From a virus (taxonomy: Duplodnaviria; Heunggongvirae; Uroviricota; Caudoviricetes), in IMG/VR virus record IMGVR_UViG_2595698871_000001, positions 173,443 to 223,720 of that record: DNA of 50,278 nucleotides; one strand, 5' to 3'. Made by a program: the position numbers and the translations under genes. Below, piece by piece: positions 8,713-17,979 of this stretch (its first letter is position 1; every line of letters begins with the position of its first letter). Under the pieces are notes generated by a model, which saw only the letters and a program-made list of their open reading frames with translations, did no database searches and was not told where the DNA came from.

Positions 8713-9404
8713 TGCTCTACGTGTTCGGGGACATCCACGGCCGCATGGACCTGCTGGAGAAGGCGCGCCACGCCATCCGTGTACGCGGCGACGCCACGCG
8801 CATGATCTTCCTGGGCGACTATGTCGATCGCGGCCCGCAGAGCCGCGAGGTGGTCGAGGCCGTGATGGAGCTTCACCGCCAGGGCGAGATCGCCCTCAAG
8901 GGCAACCACGAGCAGATGATGGTCGATAGCTGGCGGATCGCCAACTACGGCGCGCTCTCCAAGATGTGGGTCAGCAACGGCGGCAAGCAGACCCTGAAGT
9001 CCTACGGCGCCGGCGACAACGCCTGGAACGCCCAGTGGGACATGATCCCCCAGGAGCATATCGACTGGATGGATGGCCTGCCGACCATGCACGTCACGCC
9101 CGGCCGGGTCTTTGTGCATGCCGGGCTGATGCCGGGCGTCCCGCTTGAGCAGCAGGACGAGGAGTGGACCCTGTGGATCAGGGATCGCTTCCTGCTGGGC
9201 AAGCCGGGCGACTTCACCCACCACGTGATCCACGGCCACACCCACACCGTGCCGGTCTTCAAGGAGGAGCCGTCCGAGCCGGAGCTTCTGCCCCACCGGA
9301 CCAACCTCGACACCGGCGCGTTCTTCACCGGCGTCCTGGGCGTGGGCGTCTTCGATCCGGACGAGACGGCCGGCCCGGTCGAGGTGCTCAAGATCACGGT
9401 GTGA
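8712..9404 (+). CDS. calcineurin-like metallophosphoesterase (lambda PP/PphA-type phosphatase family)
   Basis: All signature motifs: GDIHG, GDYVDRG, GNHE, HAG, HGHT, NLDTG. Confidence 0.92.
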   Translation: MLYVFGDIHGRMDLLEKARHAIRVRGDATRMIFLGDYVDRGPQSREVVEAVMELHRQGEIALKGNHEQMMVDSWRIANYGALSKMWVSNGGKQTLKSYGAGDNAWNAQWDMIPQEHIDWMDGLPTMHVTPGRVFVHAGLMPGVPLEQQDEEWTLWIRDRFLLGKPGDFTHHVIHGHTHTVPVFKEEPSEPELLPHRTNLDTGAFFTGVLGVGVFDPDETAGPVEVLKITV

Positions 9405-9406
9405 CG

Positions 9407-10015
9407 ATGTCGTTTCTGGACCGCATGCGCGAGTACATCACGGCCGACCTGAAGATCGTTGAGCACCTCACCCGCCGGTTCAGCCGGAAGCCGGAGGAGC
9501 CCGTGGCCGGGATCGCGCCCCAGCCGATGACGCAGGCGCCTCAGGTCGCCGGTGGTAGCAGCGGCGTGTCGCACTTCTACTACCCAGGCGTTGGCGGTGG
9601 GGGCTCTGTGAGCGCCAGCGGGGGCAGTGGAGGCGGGTCCGGCGGCACCCTGATCTACAACGGCACATCGGGGCAGGTTCTGGCCTACGACGGCCGGAAC
9701 GCGGCCTGGAGGCCCGCCCCGGTCCCCACGAAGCTGAAGGCCGACAAGCCGGCAGGGAGCTTCAAGGACCTCAACGCGACCGAGGAGGCGGTGGTCCACA
9801 ATGTCGCGCAGTACGAGGGGACCGAACTCGTGCGCGAGAAGGACGGGACGTTCTCCTATTGCCGCAAAGGCGTGGCCCTGGGCAAGGACCGCGTTCGATC
9901 CCGCACGGTCAACGTGTTGATCAAGAAGAAGTTTCTGGACGTGATCGAGTTCGGGGAGCGCGGCGAGGCCCTGGTCTGCGGGCTCGGCTCCAACATCAGG
10001 GTCCACGGCCGCTAG
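9407..10015 (+). CDS. hypothetical protein with Gly-rich linker and C-terminal family-A domain
   Basis: GGGGSVSASGGSGGGSGG; VRSRTVNVLIKKKFLDVIEFGERG aligns with the 27-31 kb paralogues. Confidence 0.65.
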   Translation: MSFLDRMREYITADLKIVEHLTRRFSRKPEEPVAGIAPQPMTQAPQVAGGSSGVSHFYYPGVGGGGSVSASGGSGGGSGGTLIYNGTSGQVLAYDGRNAAWRPAPVPTKLKADKPAGSFKDLNATEEAVVHNVAQYEGTELVREKDGTFSYCRKGVALGKDRVRSRTVNVLIKKKFLDVIEFGERGEALVCGLGSNIRVHGR

Positions 10016-10022
10016 AAAGTGT

Positions 10023-10078
10023 TTGACAACACTCTCACGCCAACATAGAACCTCCTCGACGACAACGAGGAGGGCCGC
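10023..10078 (+). promoter_or_regulatory. sigma70-type promoter, class A
   Basis: TTGACA 10023-10028, 17 bp, TAGAAC; CAACAC-tctcac-GCCAA; CGACGACAAC 10057-10066; GAGGAGG. Confidence 0.85.
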
Positions 10079-10498
10079 ATGGCTTACGCAATTCCCGACC
10101 TGAGCACCTTCACCTTCACCGACCCGTCGGTGGAAAGCTTCGCCAGGGCCATGATCTCGATGATCGAGGCCAACCAAGCGATCATCGACGAGTTCGCCAA
10201 GAGCCTGATCGAGAACCCCGTGCGCGCTCTGGAGCGCAGCCTGTCGGTCAAGCTGGCCGCCGTCCGTCAGAACGCGGCGAAGGAAGCCCTCGAACAGACC
10301 CTGGACACGCTCCTGCACGGGACCGACAAGACCTGGGCGGTGATCAAGCTGGAACTCCAGCAAGCGCTCCTGCATCACGTGGTCTACCACGCGTCGCGGT
10401 CGTCGCGCTCGACCAACGCCGAGGCCAACGACATGGAGCGCTTCGACCTGCAAGCCAAGGCCGAGTTGCTCGACCGCGTCATGAAGGGCCGCTTCTAA
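10079..10498 (+). CDS. hypothetical protein
   Basis: ATG after promoter and SD. Confidence 0.8.
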   Translation: MAYAIPDLSTFTFTDPSVESFARAMISMIEANQAIIDEFAKSLIENPVRALERSLSVKLAAVRQNAAKEALEQTLDTLLHGTDKTWAVIKLELQQALLHHVVYHASRSSRSTNAEANDMERFDLQAKAELLDRVMKGRF

Positions 10499-10740
10499 TG
10501 CGCGGCGTCGAGGTCAACGAGAGCTATCAGACCGAGCAGCGCTCGTTCGATGGCCAACTCGCCGGCAAGTACGGCGCTGCCTCGGGCGGCCCGGACCTGA
10601 CCCGTGAACAGTGGCAGGCGATGCAGCGGGCCGACCGCAAGCGCTTCGCCGGCTTCATCATGGGCGCCTTCGTGTTCATCTTCTGCCTGACCTGGGTGAT
10701 CAACGATCTGACCCACTTCGGCGCGGCGCTGCCGTTCTAA
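10498..10740 (+). CDS. small membrane protein
   Basis: TAATG coupling; FAGFIMGAFVFIFCLTWVI. Confidence 0.65.
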   Translation: MRGVEVNESYQTEQRSFDGQLAGKYGAASGGPDLTREQWQAMQRADRKRFAGFIMGAFVFIFCLTWVINDLTHFGAALPF

Positions 10741-11117
10741 TGAAGACGCTCGACGAACGCATCGCCGAGGCTATCGCCACTCCTCGTCCGGCCTGGATCG
10801 AGAAGAAGGGCGATCGCTTCCACGTCATCACCAAGGGCGTGCTGTTCCCCAACACGCGCAACGCCCTGCACAAGACCTGGAGCCGCCGCGCCGGCGCCCT
10901 GGCCTGCATCCAGCAGGACGGCTACACGTTGCTGGAGGGCGATTGCCCGTTGCCCGAGGTGACCCAGGCCCAGCGCGACGCCTACCAGTTCCAGGGCGCC
11001 GAGCGGCGCGAGGCCGTCGAGATGCTGAGCCGCGAACTGGGCATCCACCAGGACGAAATCCGCCGCGCGCTGCGCAACCTCGAAGGCAAGGGCCTGATCC
11101 AGTTCGGCGGGCGCTGA
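10740..11117 (+). CDS. protein with C-terminal winged HTH
   Basis: MLSRELGIHQDEIRRALRNLEGKGLIQF. Confidence 0.7.
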   Translation: MKTLDERIAEAIATPRPAWIEKKGDRFHVITKGVLFPNTRNALHKTWSRRAGALACIQQDGYTLLEGDCPLPEVTQAQRDAYQFQGAERREAVEMLSRELGIHQDEIRRALRNLEGKGLIQFGGR

Positions 11118-11124
11118 TAGCAGC

Positions 11125-11195
11125 TTGGCGTTTGTGTGTTGACAGCGCCAGTCCGGTTCTGTAGACCTCTGCTCGACGACAACGAGGAGGCCCCC
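11125..11195 (+). promoter_or_regulatory. sigma70-type promoter, class B
   Basis: TTGGC-N6-GTGTTG 11125-11141; TTGACA 11139-11144, 17 bp, TAGACC; CGACGACAAC 11174-11183. Confidence 0.85.
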
Positions 11196-11402
11196 ATGCC
11201 GCATCTGAGCAAACAGTCCTACAGCTTCGACTACACCAGCGACGCCCTGGCGGCGGCCGGCGAGTTCGAGGCCCTGACGACCGAGTTCTACCGCTACGAG
11301 ACGCGCTACCTCTACGACGCGGCGCGCGCGATCGTCGGCGTCGAGGTCCGCGTCATGGACGAGGACGGCTTCTTCGTCGGCTACGTGGCGGGCGAGGCCT
11401 AA
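11196..11402 (+). CDS. hypothetical protein
   Basis: ATG 11196 after GAGGAGG. Confidence 0.75.
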   Translation: MPHLSKQSYSFDYTSDALAAAGEFEALTTEFYRYETRYLYDAARAIVGVEVRVMDEDGFFVGYVAGEA

Positions 11403-11405
11403 GCC

Positions 11406-11801
11406 ATGATCACCCACAACATCGATCCGCGCATCGGCGTCCTCAACTCGGGCGTCTACTATGCCTACGTCAACGGCTATCACCAGCCCGAGACGCGCGG
11501 CACGCTCGAAGAGGTTGAGATCGCCCTGGGCGTTCGCAAGCCCAAGCCCGCGCCGGCTCCCCTGGTGGAAGTCCAGGGCCGGGGCGGGCGCGTCTCGGTG
11601 CAGTTCGGCACCATCAACGGCAAGCCCCTGACCCTGACGATCCAAGAGGCCGACAGCGTCTGCGCCGACGTCGAGTGCGGGCGCCACGGCTGCTCGCTGG
11701 CGCTGCTGGACGACTTCGGCACCATCGGCGAGGACGGCCCCAAGGTGCCCCAGAAGACCATCGACAAGATGATCGACTGGGCGCTGACGAAGGGCTGGTG
11801 A
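11406..11801 (+). CDS. hypothetical protein
   Basis: Operonic, GC3-biased ORF. Confidence 0.7.
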   Translation: MITHNIDPRIGVLNSGVYYAYVNGYHQPETRGTLEEVEIALGVRKPKPAPAPLVEVQGRGGRVSVQFGTINGKPLTLTIQEADSVCADVECGRHGCSLALLDDFGTIGEDGPKVPQKTIDKMIDWALTKGW

Positions 11802-12010
11802 TGAGCAGCACGCGCATCGCCGCCGAGGTCCTGGAGGCCATGAAGAGCACCAACGACCCGGCCCTCCAGGAGCGCCGCGTCGGCGCGGTCCTGGCCGAAT
11901 ATGCTGGCGATCCCGACACCTTCGATCTCGAAGGCCTGAGCCCGACGTCTCGGAGGATCGTCCACGAAACCACGCTGCACTGGCGGGCGCACCTGCGCCT
12001 CCGTGCATGA
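11801..12010 (+). CDS. hypothetical protein
   Basis: TGATG coupling. Confidence 0.6.
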   Translation: MSSTRIAAEVLEAMKSTNDPALQERRVGAVLAEYAGDPDTFDLEGLSPTSRRIVHETTLHWRAHLRLRA

Positions 12011-12036
12011 AATTTTAATCTGGAGAGGGCCTTAAG

Positions 12037-14070
12037 TTGCTGAATTTCCAACCGTTTAAGACGGCCGTCGCGGCGCAGTTCGCCAAGATGTCCAAGGGCC
12101 AACTCTACCGCGTCGAGGTCGACAAGGACCTCCTGTGGCAGACCTACCTCGCCGCCTTCCCGCCGGGCACGGACCCGATGTTCCGCGCGCGCACCGAGCA
12201 CAACTGCTCGTGCTGCCGCGCCTTCGTGCGCCAGGGCGGCGACGTCGTGGCCATCGTCGACAACAAGATCGTCACCCTGTGGGACATCACCGTTCCGGGC
12301 GAGCCGGCCTACCAGCAGGTCGCCGACAGCCTCGCGGGCCTGATCCGTTCGCGGCCGATCGCCGACGTCTTCCTGCACGACCAGAAGTCGATCGGCACCG
12401 ACCGCAGCATCGAGTCGATGCTGGGCGGCGACGTGACCTGGAACCACTTCTACTGCGACGTGCCCCAGCAGTTCGTCAAGAAGCGCACCGACATCCCCAC
12501 GGCGCTGCACGGCCCGCGCATGGCGGCCGAGACGCTGCTGCGCGCGGTGACCGACATCAGCCGTGAGGCGGTCGAGACCGTGCTCGAACTGGTCGCCCAG
12601 AAGTCGGTCTACCGGATCGAGGAGCACAAGGCGACCGTCGAGGCCTTCCGGGCGATGCAGAACAGCTTCGCCGGCAAGACGGGCCTGGACGCGACGCTGC
12701 ACGCCTGGAGCACGGCCACCAAGGGCGAAGTCTGGGGCTCGGTGATCGGCATCAAGAACACCGTGATCGGCTCGCTTCTGCTCGACCTGTCGGGCGACAT
12801 GGAGATCGAGGACGCGGTCAAGAAGTACGAGACCAAGGTCGCGCCGCAGAACTACAAGCGCACCTCGACGATCGCCACCAAGCGCCAGATCGAGGCCGCC
12901 AAGAAGACGCTGGAGGACCTGGGCCTGACCTCGGCCCTGGAGCGCCGCTACGCCGTCCTGACGGACGTGTCGATCAACGACGTCCTGTTCGCCGATCGCT
13001 CGGCCAAGGCGGCGCTGAGCGCGGACGTGTTCTCGGAGATGGCGGCCGAGGTGGGCGAGAAGACCAAGTCGTTCGACAAGGTCGAGGAGGTCCCGATCGA
13101 CCGCTTCCTGAGCGACATCCTGCCCAAGGTCACGTCGATCGAGGCCCTGGTCGAGAACCGTCTGGCGGGCAACTTCGTCAGCCTGATCGCGCCCAAGAAC
13201 CCGACGGCCGGCAACCTCTTCAAGTGGGGCAACAACTTCTCCTGGTCCTATGCCGGCGAGGTCGCGGACTCCATCAAGCAGCGCGTCAAGGCCGCTGGCG
13301 GTAACGTCTCGGGCGACCTCTGCTGCCGCCTGGGCTGGTTCAACCACGACGACCTCGACTTCCACATGTTCGAGCCGGGCGGTGGTCACATCTTCTTCCG
13401 CGAGAAGGTCTCGCCCTTCACGCGCGGCCAACTCGACGTCGACATGAACGCCGGGCGCGGCACCACTCGCTCGCCGGTCGAGAACATCTTCTACGGCGAT
13501 CGCAAGCGCATGAAGGAAGGCGTCTACGAACTGAAGGTCCACCAGTTCGACAACCGTGACGCCTCGCGCGATCCGGGCTTCGAGGTCGAGATCGACTACC
13601 TGGGCGCGGTGACCAAATTTGCCTACGCCAAGGCCCTGCGCTACCAGGAATACGTCACGGTCGCCAAGTTCGAGTACAGCCACGCCGGCGGGATCAAAAT
13701 CCTGTCGTCGCTGCCCTCGTCCTCGGCGAGCAAGGACGTCTGGGGCGTGAAGACCGAGACCTTCCGCAAGGTCAACGTCGTCATGCTGTCGCCCAACTTC
13801 TGGGACGGCGAGCCGGGCGTCGGCAACAAGCACTTCTTCTTCATGCTGGAGGGCGGCATCAACGAGGACGGCGCGCGCGGCTTCTACAACGAGTTCCTCA
13901 AGGACTCGCTGAGCCCGCACCGCCGCGTCTTCGAGATGCTGGGCTCCAAGCTGAAGCCCGCGCCGGCCGCCGAGCAACTCTCGGGCCTGGGCTTCTCGTC
14001 GTCCAAGCCCGACACCCTGACCGTCAAGGTCTCGGGCGCCTTCACCCGCGTTCTGAAAATCAAGTTCTAG
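12037..14070 (+). CDS. large conserved phage protein (N-terminal HNCSCC motif; C-terminal YfaP/DUF2135-like domain)
   Basis: 677 aa, strong GC3 bias, GGAGAGG SD then TTG; DLDFHMFEPGG...GQLDVDMNAG...PVENIF resembles DUF2135. Confidence 0.75.
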   Translation: MLNFQPFKTAVAAQFAKMSKGQLYRVEVDKDLLWQTYLAAFPPGTDPMFRARTEHNCSCCRAFVRQGGDVVAIVDNKIVTLWDITVPGEPAYQQVADSLAGLIRSRPIADVFLHDQKSIGTDRSIESMLGGDVTWNHFYCDVPQQFVKKRTDIPTALHGPRMAAETLLRAVTDISREAVETVLELVAQKSVYRIEEHKATVEAFRAMQNSFAGKTGLDATLHAWSTATKGEVWGSVIGIKNTVIGSLLLDLSGDMEIEDAVKKYETKVAPQNYKRTSTIATKRQIEAAKKTLEDLGLTSALERRYAVLTDVSINDVLFADRSAKAALSADVFSEMAAEVGEKTKSFDKVEEVPIDRFLSDILPKVTSIEALVENRLAGNFVSLIAPKNPTAGNLFKWGNNFSWSYAGEVADSIKQRVKAAGGNVSGDLCCRLGWFNHDDLDFHMFEPGGGHIFFREKVSPFTRGQLDVDMNAGRGTTRSPVENIFYGDRKRMKEGVYELKVHQFDNRDASRDPGFEVEIDYLGAVTKFAYAKALRYQEYVTVAKFEYSHAGGIKILSSLPSSSASKDVWGVKTETFRKVNVVMLSPNFWDGEPGVGNKHFFFMLEGGINEDGARGFYNEFLKDSLSPHRRVFEMLGSKLKPAPAAEQLSGLGFSSSKPDTLTVKVSGAFTRVLKIKF

Positions 14071-14082
14071 GAAAGGAAGACC

Positions 14083-14499
14083 ATGGAAAACATCTTCGAA
14101 GTCGCCTCGCGCGAAAAGTACCGCTACGAGTCCGCCAAGGGCCTCATCTCGACCGAGGACCTGTGGGACCTGCCGCTGACCAGCGACACGGGCAAGGCCA
14201 ACCTGAACGACATCGCCGTTGGCCTGTTCAAGCAGGTCAAGGACCTGGACGACATCTCGTTCGTGACGCCCAAGACGCTCGACAAGACCGTCGCGCCGCG
14301 CCTGGAGATCGTCAAGGCGGTGATCGCCTACCGCCAGGACCAGAACCGCAAGAAGCTGGAAGCCTCGACCAAGCGCGAGACCGCCCGCATCCTGCAAGAA
14401 GCCATCGCCGCCAAGCGCTCCGAGAAGATCGCCGGCACCCCGCTGGAAGAACTCGAAGCGCAACTGGCCGCGCTGAAGGCCGAGGGCGTCGAGGCCTAA
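14083..14499 (+). CDS. conserved phage protein, partner of upstream 677-aa gene
   Basis: FE.A.R.KYRY.S.KG.IS.EDLWDLPLTS motif; C-terminal coiled coil. Confidence 0.75.
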   Translation: MENIFEVASREKYRYESAKGLISTEDLWDLPLTSDTGKANLNDIAVGLFKQVKDLDDISFVTPKTLDKTVAPRLEIVKAVIAYRQDQNRKKLEASTKRETARILQEAIAAKRSEKIAGTPLEELEAQLAALKAEGVEA

Positions 14500-14506
14500 T
14501 CGGCTG

Positions 14507-14567
14507 TTGACAACACTCTCGCGCCAACATAGAAGGGCCTCCGACGACAACGCCGGAGGCCCTTTTC
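14507..14567 (+). promoter_or_regulatory. sigma70-type promoter, class A
   Basis: TTGACA 14507-14512, 17 bp, TAGAAG; CAACAC-tctcgc-GCCAA; CGACGACAAC 14542-14551. Confidence 0.85.
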
Positions 14568-14798
14568 ATGCACTGCCTGACACCGATCAAGACGCCGGTG
14601 ACGCACCCCGAGTTTGGGATGTCCGTCAAGGACGTCGAACTGAACGGCCGGCGCTATCGCGTCAGCCGCTCCGGCGAGGTCCGGGGCTACGTGCGCAACC
14701 CGCGCGTCCTGACGATCCATCACGAGGACCTGCGCTCCCTGCCCCTGACGGGGCCGACCGCGATCCGAGCGCGCGCCGCCTCGGGGTGGTTCGAATGA
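14568..14798 (+). CDS. small protein, paralogue of 19658-19876
   Basis: GRRYRVSRSGEV...ARAASGWFE. Confidence 0.7.
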   Translation: MHCLTPIKTPVTHPEFGMSVKDVELNGRRYRVSRSGEVRGYVRNPRVLTIHHEDLRSLPLTGPTAIRARAASGWFE

Positions 14799-15262
14799 AC
14801 GACACCCCCAAGACCTTCACCGCCGACGAGATCGCCACCGCCATGGCGGCCCAGAACCGCGCCTTCCGCCGCATGGAAGCGCGGGCGGTCGAGAAGGAGC
14901 GCGAGGCCGGCGAGCGCCGGCAGCAAATCGCCCTGGACGACCTGCGCCGCGAGATGATGGCCGGCGCCCGTGCCAACGTGGAGCGTGGCGTGTACACGCT
15001 GTCGACCCTGGAGTGCGACGAGTACCGCCACACCAATGTCGTGCTGGCCGAGGTCCGCACCCGCGTCTTCGCCGCCCGCCTGTCGTTCTCGGACGAGGAC
15101 GCGGCCTGGACGATCGAGGCGATCATCCGCCGCTATCCCGGCGGCCCGGCCCGCGTCCTGGAGAAGGAGGTCCTGACCCAGCAAGCGGCCTGGGACTTCT
15201 TCAACGAGGTCGTCGAGCGCTTCTACAACACCGCCGGCTTCATCTGCCGCGTCGACTACTAG
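14795..15262 (+). CDS. hypothetical protein
   Basis: ATGA overlap. Confidence 0.7.
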   Translation: MNDTPKTFTADEIATAMAAQNRAFRRMEARAVEKEREAGERRQQIALDDLRREMMAGARANVERGVYTLSTLECDEYRHTNVVLAEVRTRVFAARLSFSDEDAAWTIEAIIRRYPGGPARVLEKEVLTQQAAWDFFNEVVERFYNTAGFICRVDY

Positions 15263-15275
15263 GGAGGACCCCGAC

Positions 15276-15740
15276 ATGATGGCTCACCTGATCCTGAACA
15301 CCGCCCAGCAGCGCACCATGAACGAGGTGTCCGACGCGCTGGCCTACCTGATCCGCAACAACGGCGATCCCAACAGCGCCGGCGAGGGCTACTACAACAT
15401 GCTCCACCTGGACCGGATCGCCGACGACGTCACGGGCCTGTTCGCCTCCGTCGGCGAGCGTCCCCTGGCCAGGACGCTGTTCGACGTCCAGGCGACCTTC
15501 CGTGGCTATTGGAAGGGCCAGTACCCCAAGGTCGAGACCCTGAAGACCTGGGCCGCCGAGTTCCGGCCGCACTACAAGAACCTGGAGCAGGTCCGCTACA
15601 TCAACCGCCCGCCGGTCGAGCCCAAGACGGTGCGCGAGGAGGTCATGGCCAAGCTCTCGAAGAGCTACACCCAGGCCGAGATCAGCGTCTTCCTGGGGAA
15701 CCTTGAACAGCACGGCTTCGCGGTGGTCAAGGCCGGCTAA
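15276..15740 (+). CDS. hypothetical protein
   Basis: GGGAGG SD. Confidence 0.75.
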   Translation: MMAHLILNTAQQRTMNEVSDALAYLIRNNGDPNSAGEGYYNMLHLDRIADDVTGLFASVGERPLARTLFDVQATFRGYWKGQYPKVETLKTWAAEFRPHYKNLEQVRYINRPPVEPKTVREEVMAKLSKSYTQAEISVFLGNLEQHGFAVVKAG

Positions 15741-15746
15741 ACTTTG

Positions 15747-15817
15747 TTGGCGCGAGAGTGTTGACAGCAGCGTCCTGACGCCATAGAACCCTCTCGACGA
15801 CAACGAAGGAGGCCCCG
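15747..15817 (+). promoter_or_regulatory. sigma70-type promoter, class B
   Basis: TTGGC-gcgaga-GTGTTG 15747-15763 (exact reverse complement of class A operator); TTGACA 15761-15766, 17 bp, TAGAAC; CGACGACAAC 15795-15804. Confidence 0.85.
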
Positions 15818-16204
15818 ATGGGCGCGCAACTGGAAATCAAGGAAGTCTTCGCCGCCTCGCAGGACGCCGTCTATTCCTGGCGTGGCGAGGAAGGTGACGA
15901 GTACCGCGTGATGAGCCTCGTCCACGTCCAGACGATGGACGGCCGCTGGTTCCTGATGCCGGCCATGCGCCCCTACTCGGACGTCGAGCGCTTCGACTTC
16001 GAGATGGCCTGCGAGGGCGAGCCCCTGTTCGGCATGGCGACCGTCTACTGGGACGCCGAGGCCTTCGCCGCCAAGGTCCGCGCGCGCGGCGTGATCCGCC
16101 CGGAGTTCTGGGTCGAGTATCAGCCCGACACCCGCACGACCGAGCAGCGCTTCGAGGACATGTGGATCGAAGAGCAGTACGACCGCATGGGGTACGCCGC
16201 ATGA
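15818..16204 (+). CDS. hypothetical protein
   Basis: ATG after GGAGG. Confidence 0.75.
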   Translation: MGAQLEIKEVFAASQDAVYSWRGEEGDEYRVMSLVHVQTMDGRWFLMPAMRPYSDVERFDFEMACEGEPLFGMATVYWDAEAFAAKVRARGVIRPEFWVEYQPDTRTTEQRFEDMWIEEQYDRMGYAA

Positions 16205-16443
16205 GCGCCCGCCAGAAGCAGACCGTGATCGACAAGCTGGAGAAGACCTACAAGTCGATCCAGGCCCAGCAGGCGCGCGGCATCAACTGGGGCACCAAGG
16301 CGTGCCTCGAACTGGTCGACCGCTACAACGACCTGAAGGCCGAAGCCACGCGCGTCGGCGGCCATAGCAACCCCGAGTGGAAGGCCTACTGCGAGCGTCA
16401 CGGCTCCAGCGTCTCCCACGACGGCTACGATCTGTGGGCCTGA
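16201..16443 (+). CDS. hypothetical protein
   Basis: ATGA overlap. Confidence 0.7.
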   Translation: MSARQKQTVIDKLEKTYKSIQAQQARGINWGTKACLELVDRYNDLKAEATRVGGHSNPEWKAYCERHGSSVSHDGYDLWA

Positions 16444-16445
16444 GC

Positions 16446-17153
16446 ATGACCAAGTTCAGGACCCACCGCACCGACATGAAGACCGTCACGGTCCCTGGCC
16501 TGGGCGAGTTCCAGGCCGGCTGCAATAGCTCGTGCGCCACCTTCGTGGTCAGCGTCCGCTTCTGCCCGGAAGGCGCCGATGAGCCCTTGTGGGGCCAGCG
16601 CTCGTTCGAGCCGATCTTCGCCCCGGACGGCAGCTTCGACGTCGAGCCTTCGAAGGTCTTCCCGGCACACCGGCGGGAAGTCTGGCCTCAGGCCGCCGAG
16701 GACGTCGCCCGCACCCTGGCCGAGACCGTCTACCTCTACGACCCGACCGGCTTCGTCTGGCTGATGTTCGAGATGTGCCTGCGCGACCGGACCGAACATG
16801 TCCGCGCGGTGCGCCGGGCGCAAGAGAGCGTCGACATGCTGGAGCGGCTGCTGGCCGATCCCAAGGCCCCGATGACCGAGTCCTACCGCGAGCCCGAGAC
16901 CGGCGAGCTTCGCGACCGCCAGATGACCTTGGAGGCCCGCGCCAGCCGTCGCCTAGGCTGGGAGCGAGGCGTCCGCCTGGGCAAGCGCCAGCTTGCCGAA
17001 CTGAACTCGGTCGAGAGCCTGCGCGCCCTGCACCGCAAGTACGACGCCGAGCGCTACATGCGCCTCGTCTTCTTCTCGGCGCCCCGCCGCGCCCCGCCGC
17101 TGGCGGAGATCAACCACGCCGTCATGGCGCTGCTGGCGGGCGTGGACCTGTGA
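16446..17153 (+). CDS. hypothetical protein
   Basis: ATG 2 nt after upstream stop. Confidence 0.65.
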   Translation: MTKFRTHRTDMKTVTVPGLGEFQAGCNSSCATFVVSVRFCPEGADEPLWGQRSFEPIFAPDGSFDVEPSKVFPAHRREVWPQAAEDVARTLAETVYLYDPTGFVWLMFEMCLRDRTEHVRAVRRAQESVDMLERLLADPKAPMTESYREPETGELRDRQMTLEARASRRLGWERGVRLGKRQLAELNSVESLRALHRKYDAERYMRLVFFSAPRRAPPLAEINHAVMALLAGVDL

Positions 17154-17392
17154 GCCGCACCGTCAAAGTCGAGCGCGGCGCCACGACCTACTACGTCACG
17201 ATCGACGAGGCCGGCGAGGTGATCGCCATCTCCGGCTTGGCGGTGGTCGGCAAGGTCCCGCGCCACAAGGGCGGCTCTCGCCGCGTGCCCTGGAGCGGCG
17301 CGCACTGGCACGTGGCCTACAAGACGCCGATCCCCAAGCAGTTGAAACCCATCGCCGAAGAGGCGATCCAGATGAAGGAGCCCGCCTCTTGA
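17150..17392 (+). CDS. hypothetical protein
   Basis: GTGA overlap. Confidence 0.6.
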   Translation: MSRTVKVERGATTYYVTIDEAGEVIAISGLAVVGKVPRHKGGSRRVPWSGAHWHVAYKTPIPKQLKPIAEEAIQMKEPAS

Positions 17393-17595
17393 GCCAGCGC
17401 AGACCCGCCATTTCCCCCGCCTTCAAGCCGGCCGCGCTGGAAGAGATCGCCGAGATCGAAGAGATGATGGGCATCCAGACCATCCGCTACGGCATGGGGC
17501 CGCTGAACGCCGACAAGGTCCTGGAGCGCTGCTCCCTGCTGCGCGGCTACATCGAGTCCATCTGCCCCGAACCTCAGAAGGAGGCCCAGCCTTGA
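17389..17595 (+). CDS. hypothetical protein
   Basis: TTGA overlap, GGAG SD. Confidence 0.6.
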   Translation: MSQRRPAISPAFKPAALEEIAEIEEMMGIQTIRYGMGPLNADKVLERCSLLRGYIESICPEPQKEAQP

Positions 17596-17969
17596 GCTAC
17601 GTGAACTTCTGGCCCATCCAGACCGCCGCCTTCGTCGCTGCCCTACGCGCGCGCCGCCCGCACGACATCAACGTCTTCCCCGTCGACGCGCCGTTCGAGT
17701 GCGATCGCCTGATCCTGGTCTCGCCCGAAGTCCGGCGGGCCGTGAAGGCTGCGATGGGCGGCATCGAGGACGAGGTGAAGCTGCGGATGACCCTGCCGAC
17801 GGCGGGCGCGGACGCGCGCTTGGAGGCGTTCGAGTCCTACGACAAGCGCAACCTCCTCTGGTCGATGCCGCTGTCGGAGCTTCCCGACCCGATCGCCAAC
17901 GCCCTCAAGTTTGAGCTTATGTGGAAGCTCCTGGAGGCCACCGGCAACAACCCCATCCCTCTCGTCTAG
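17592..17969 (+). CDS. hypothetical protein
   Basis: TTGA overlap, GGAGG SD. Confidence 0.65.
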   Translation: MSYVNFWPIQTAAFVAALRARRPHDINVFPVDAPFECDRLILVSPEVRRAVKAAMGGIEDEVKLRMTLPTAGADARLEAFESYDKRNLLWSMPLSELPDPIANALKFELMWKLLEATGNNPIPLV

Positions 17970-17979
17970 GAGACCCGTC

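Noticed and set aside
1302-9163. Long alternative + frame ORFs (e.g. 1302-2387, 7678-8712 upstream parts)
   Set aside because: The Arg/Pro/Gly-rich N-terminal portions are off-frame readthrough of real genes; starts were reassigned to coupled ATGs
9590-9650. Gly/Ser-rich low-complexity stretch
   Set aside because: Ordinary flexible linker within 9407-10015; no nucleotide tandem repeat
11614-14550. 978-aa minus-strand ORF
   Set aside because: Antisense shadow of the GC3-biased 677-aa gene and neighbours; no SD, no motifs
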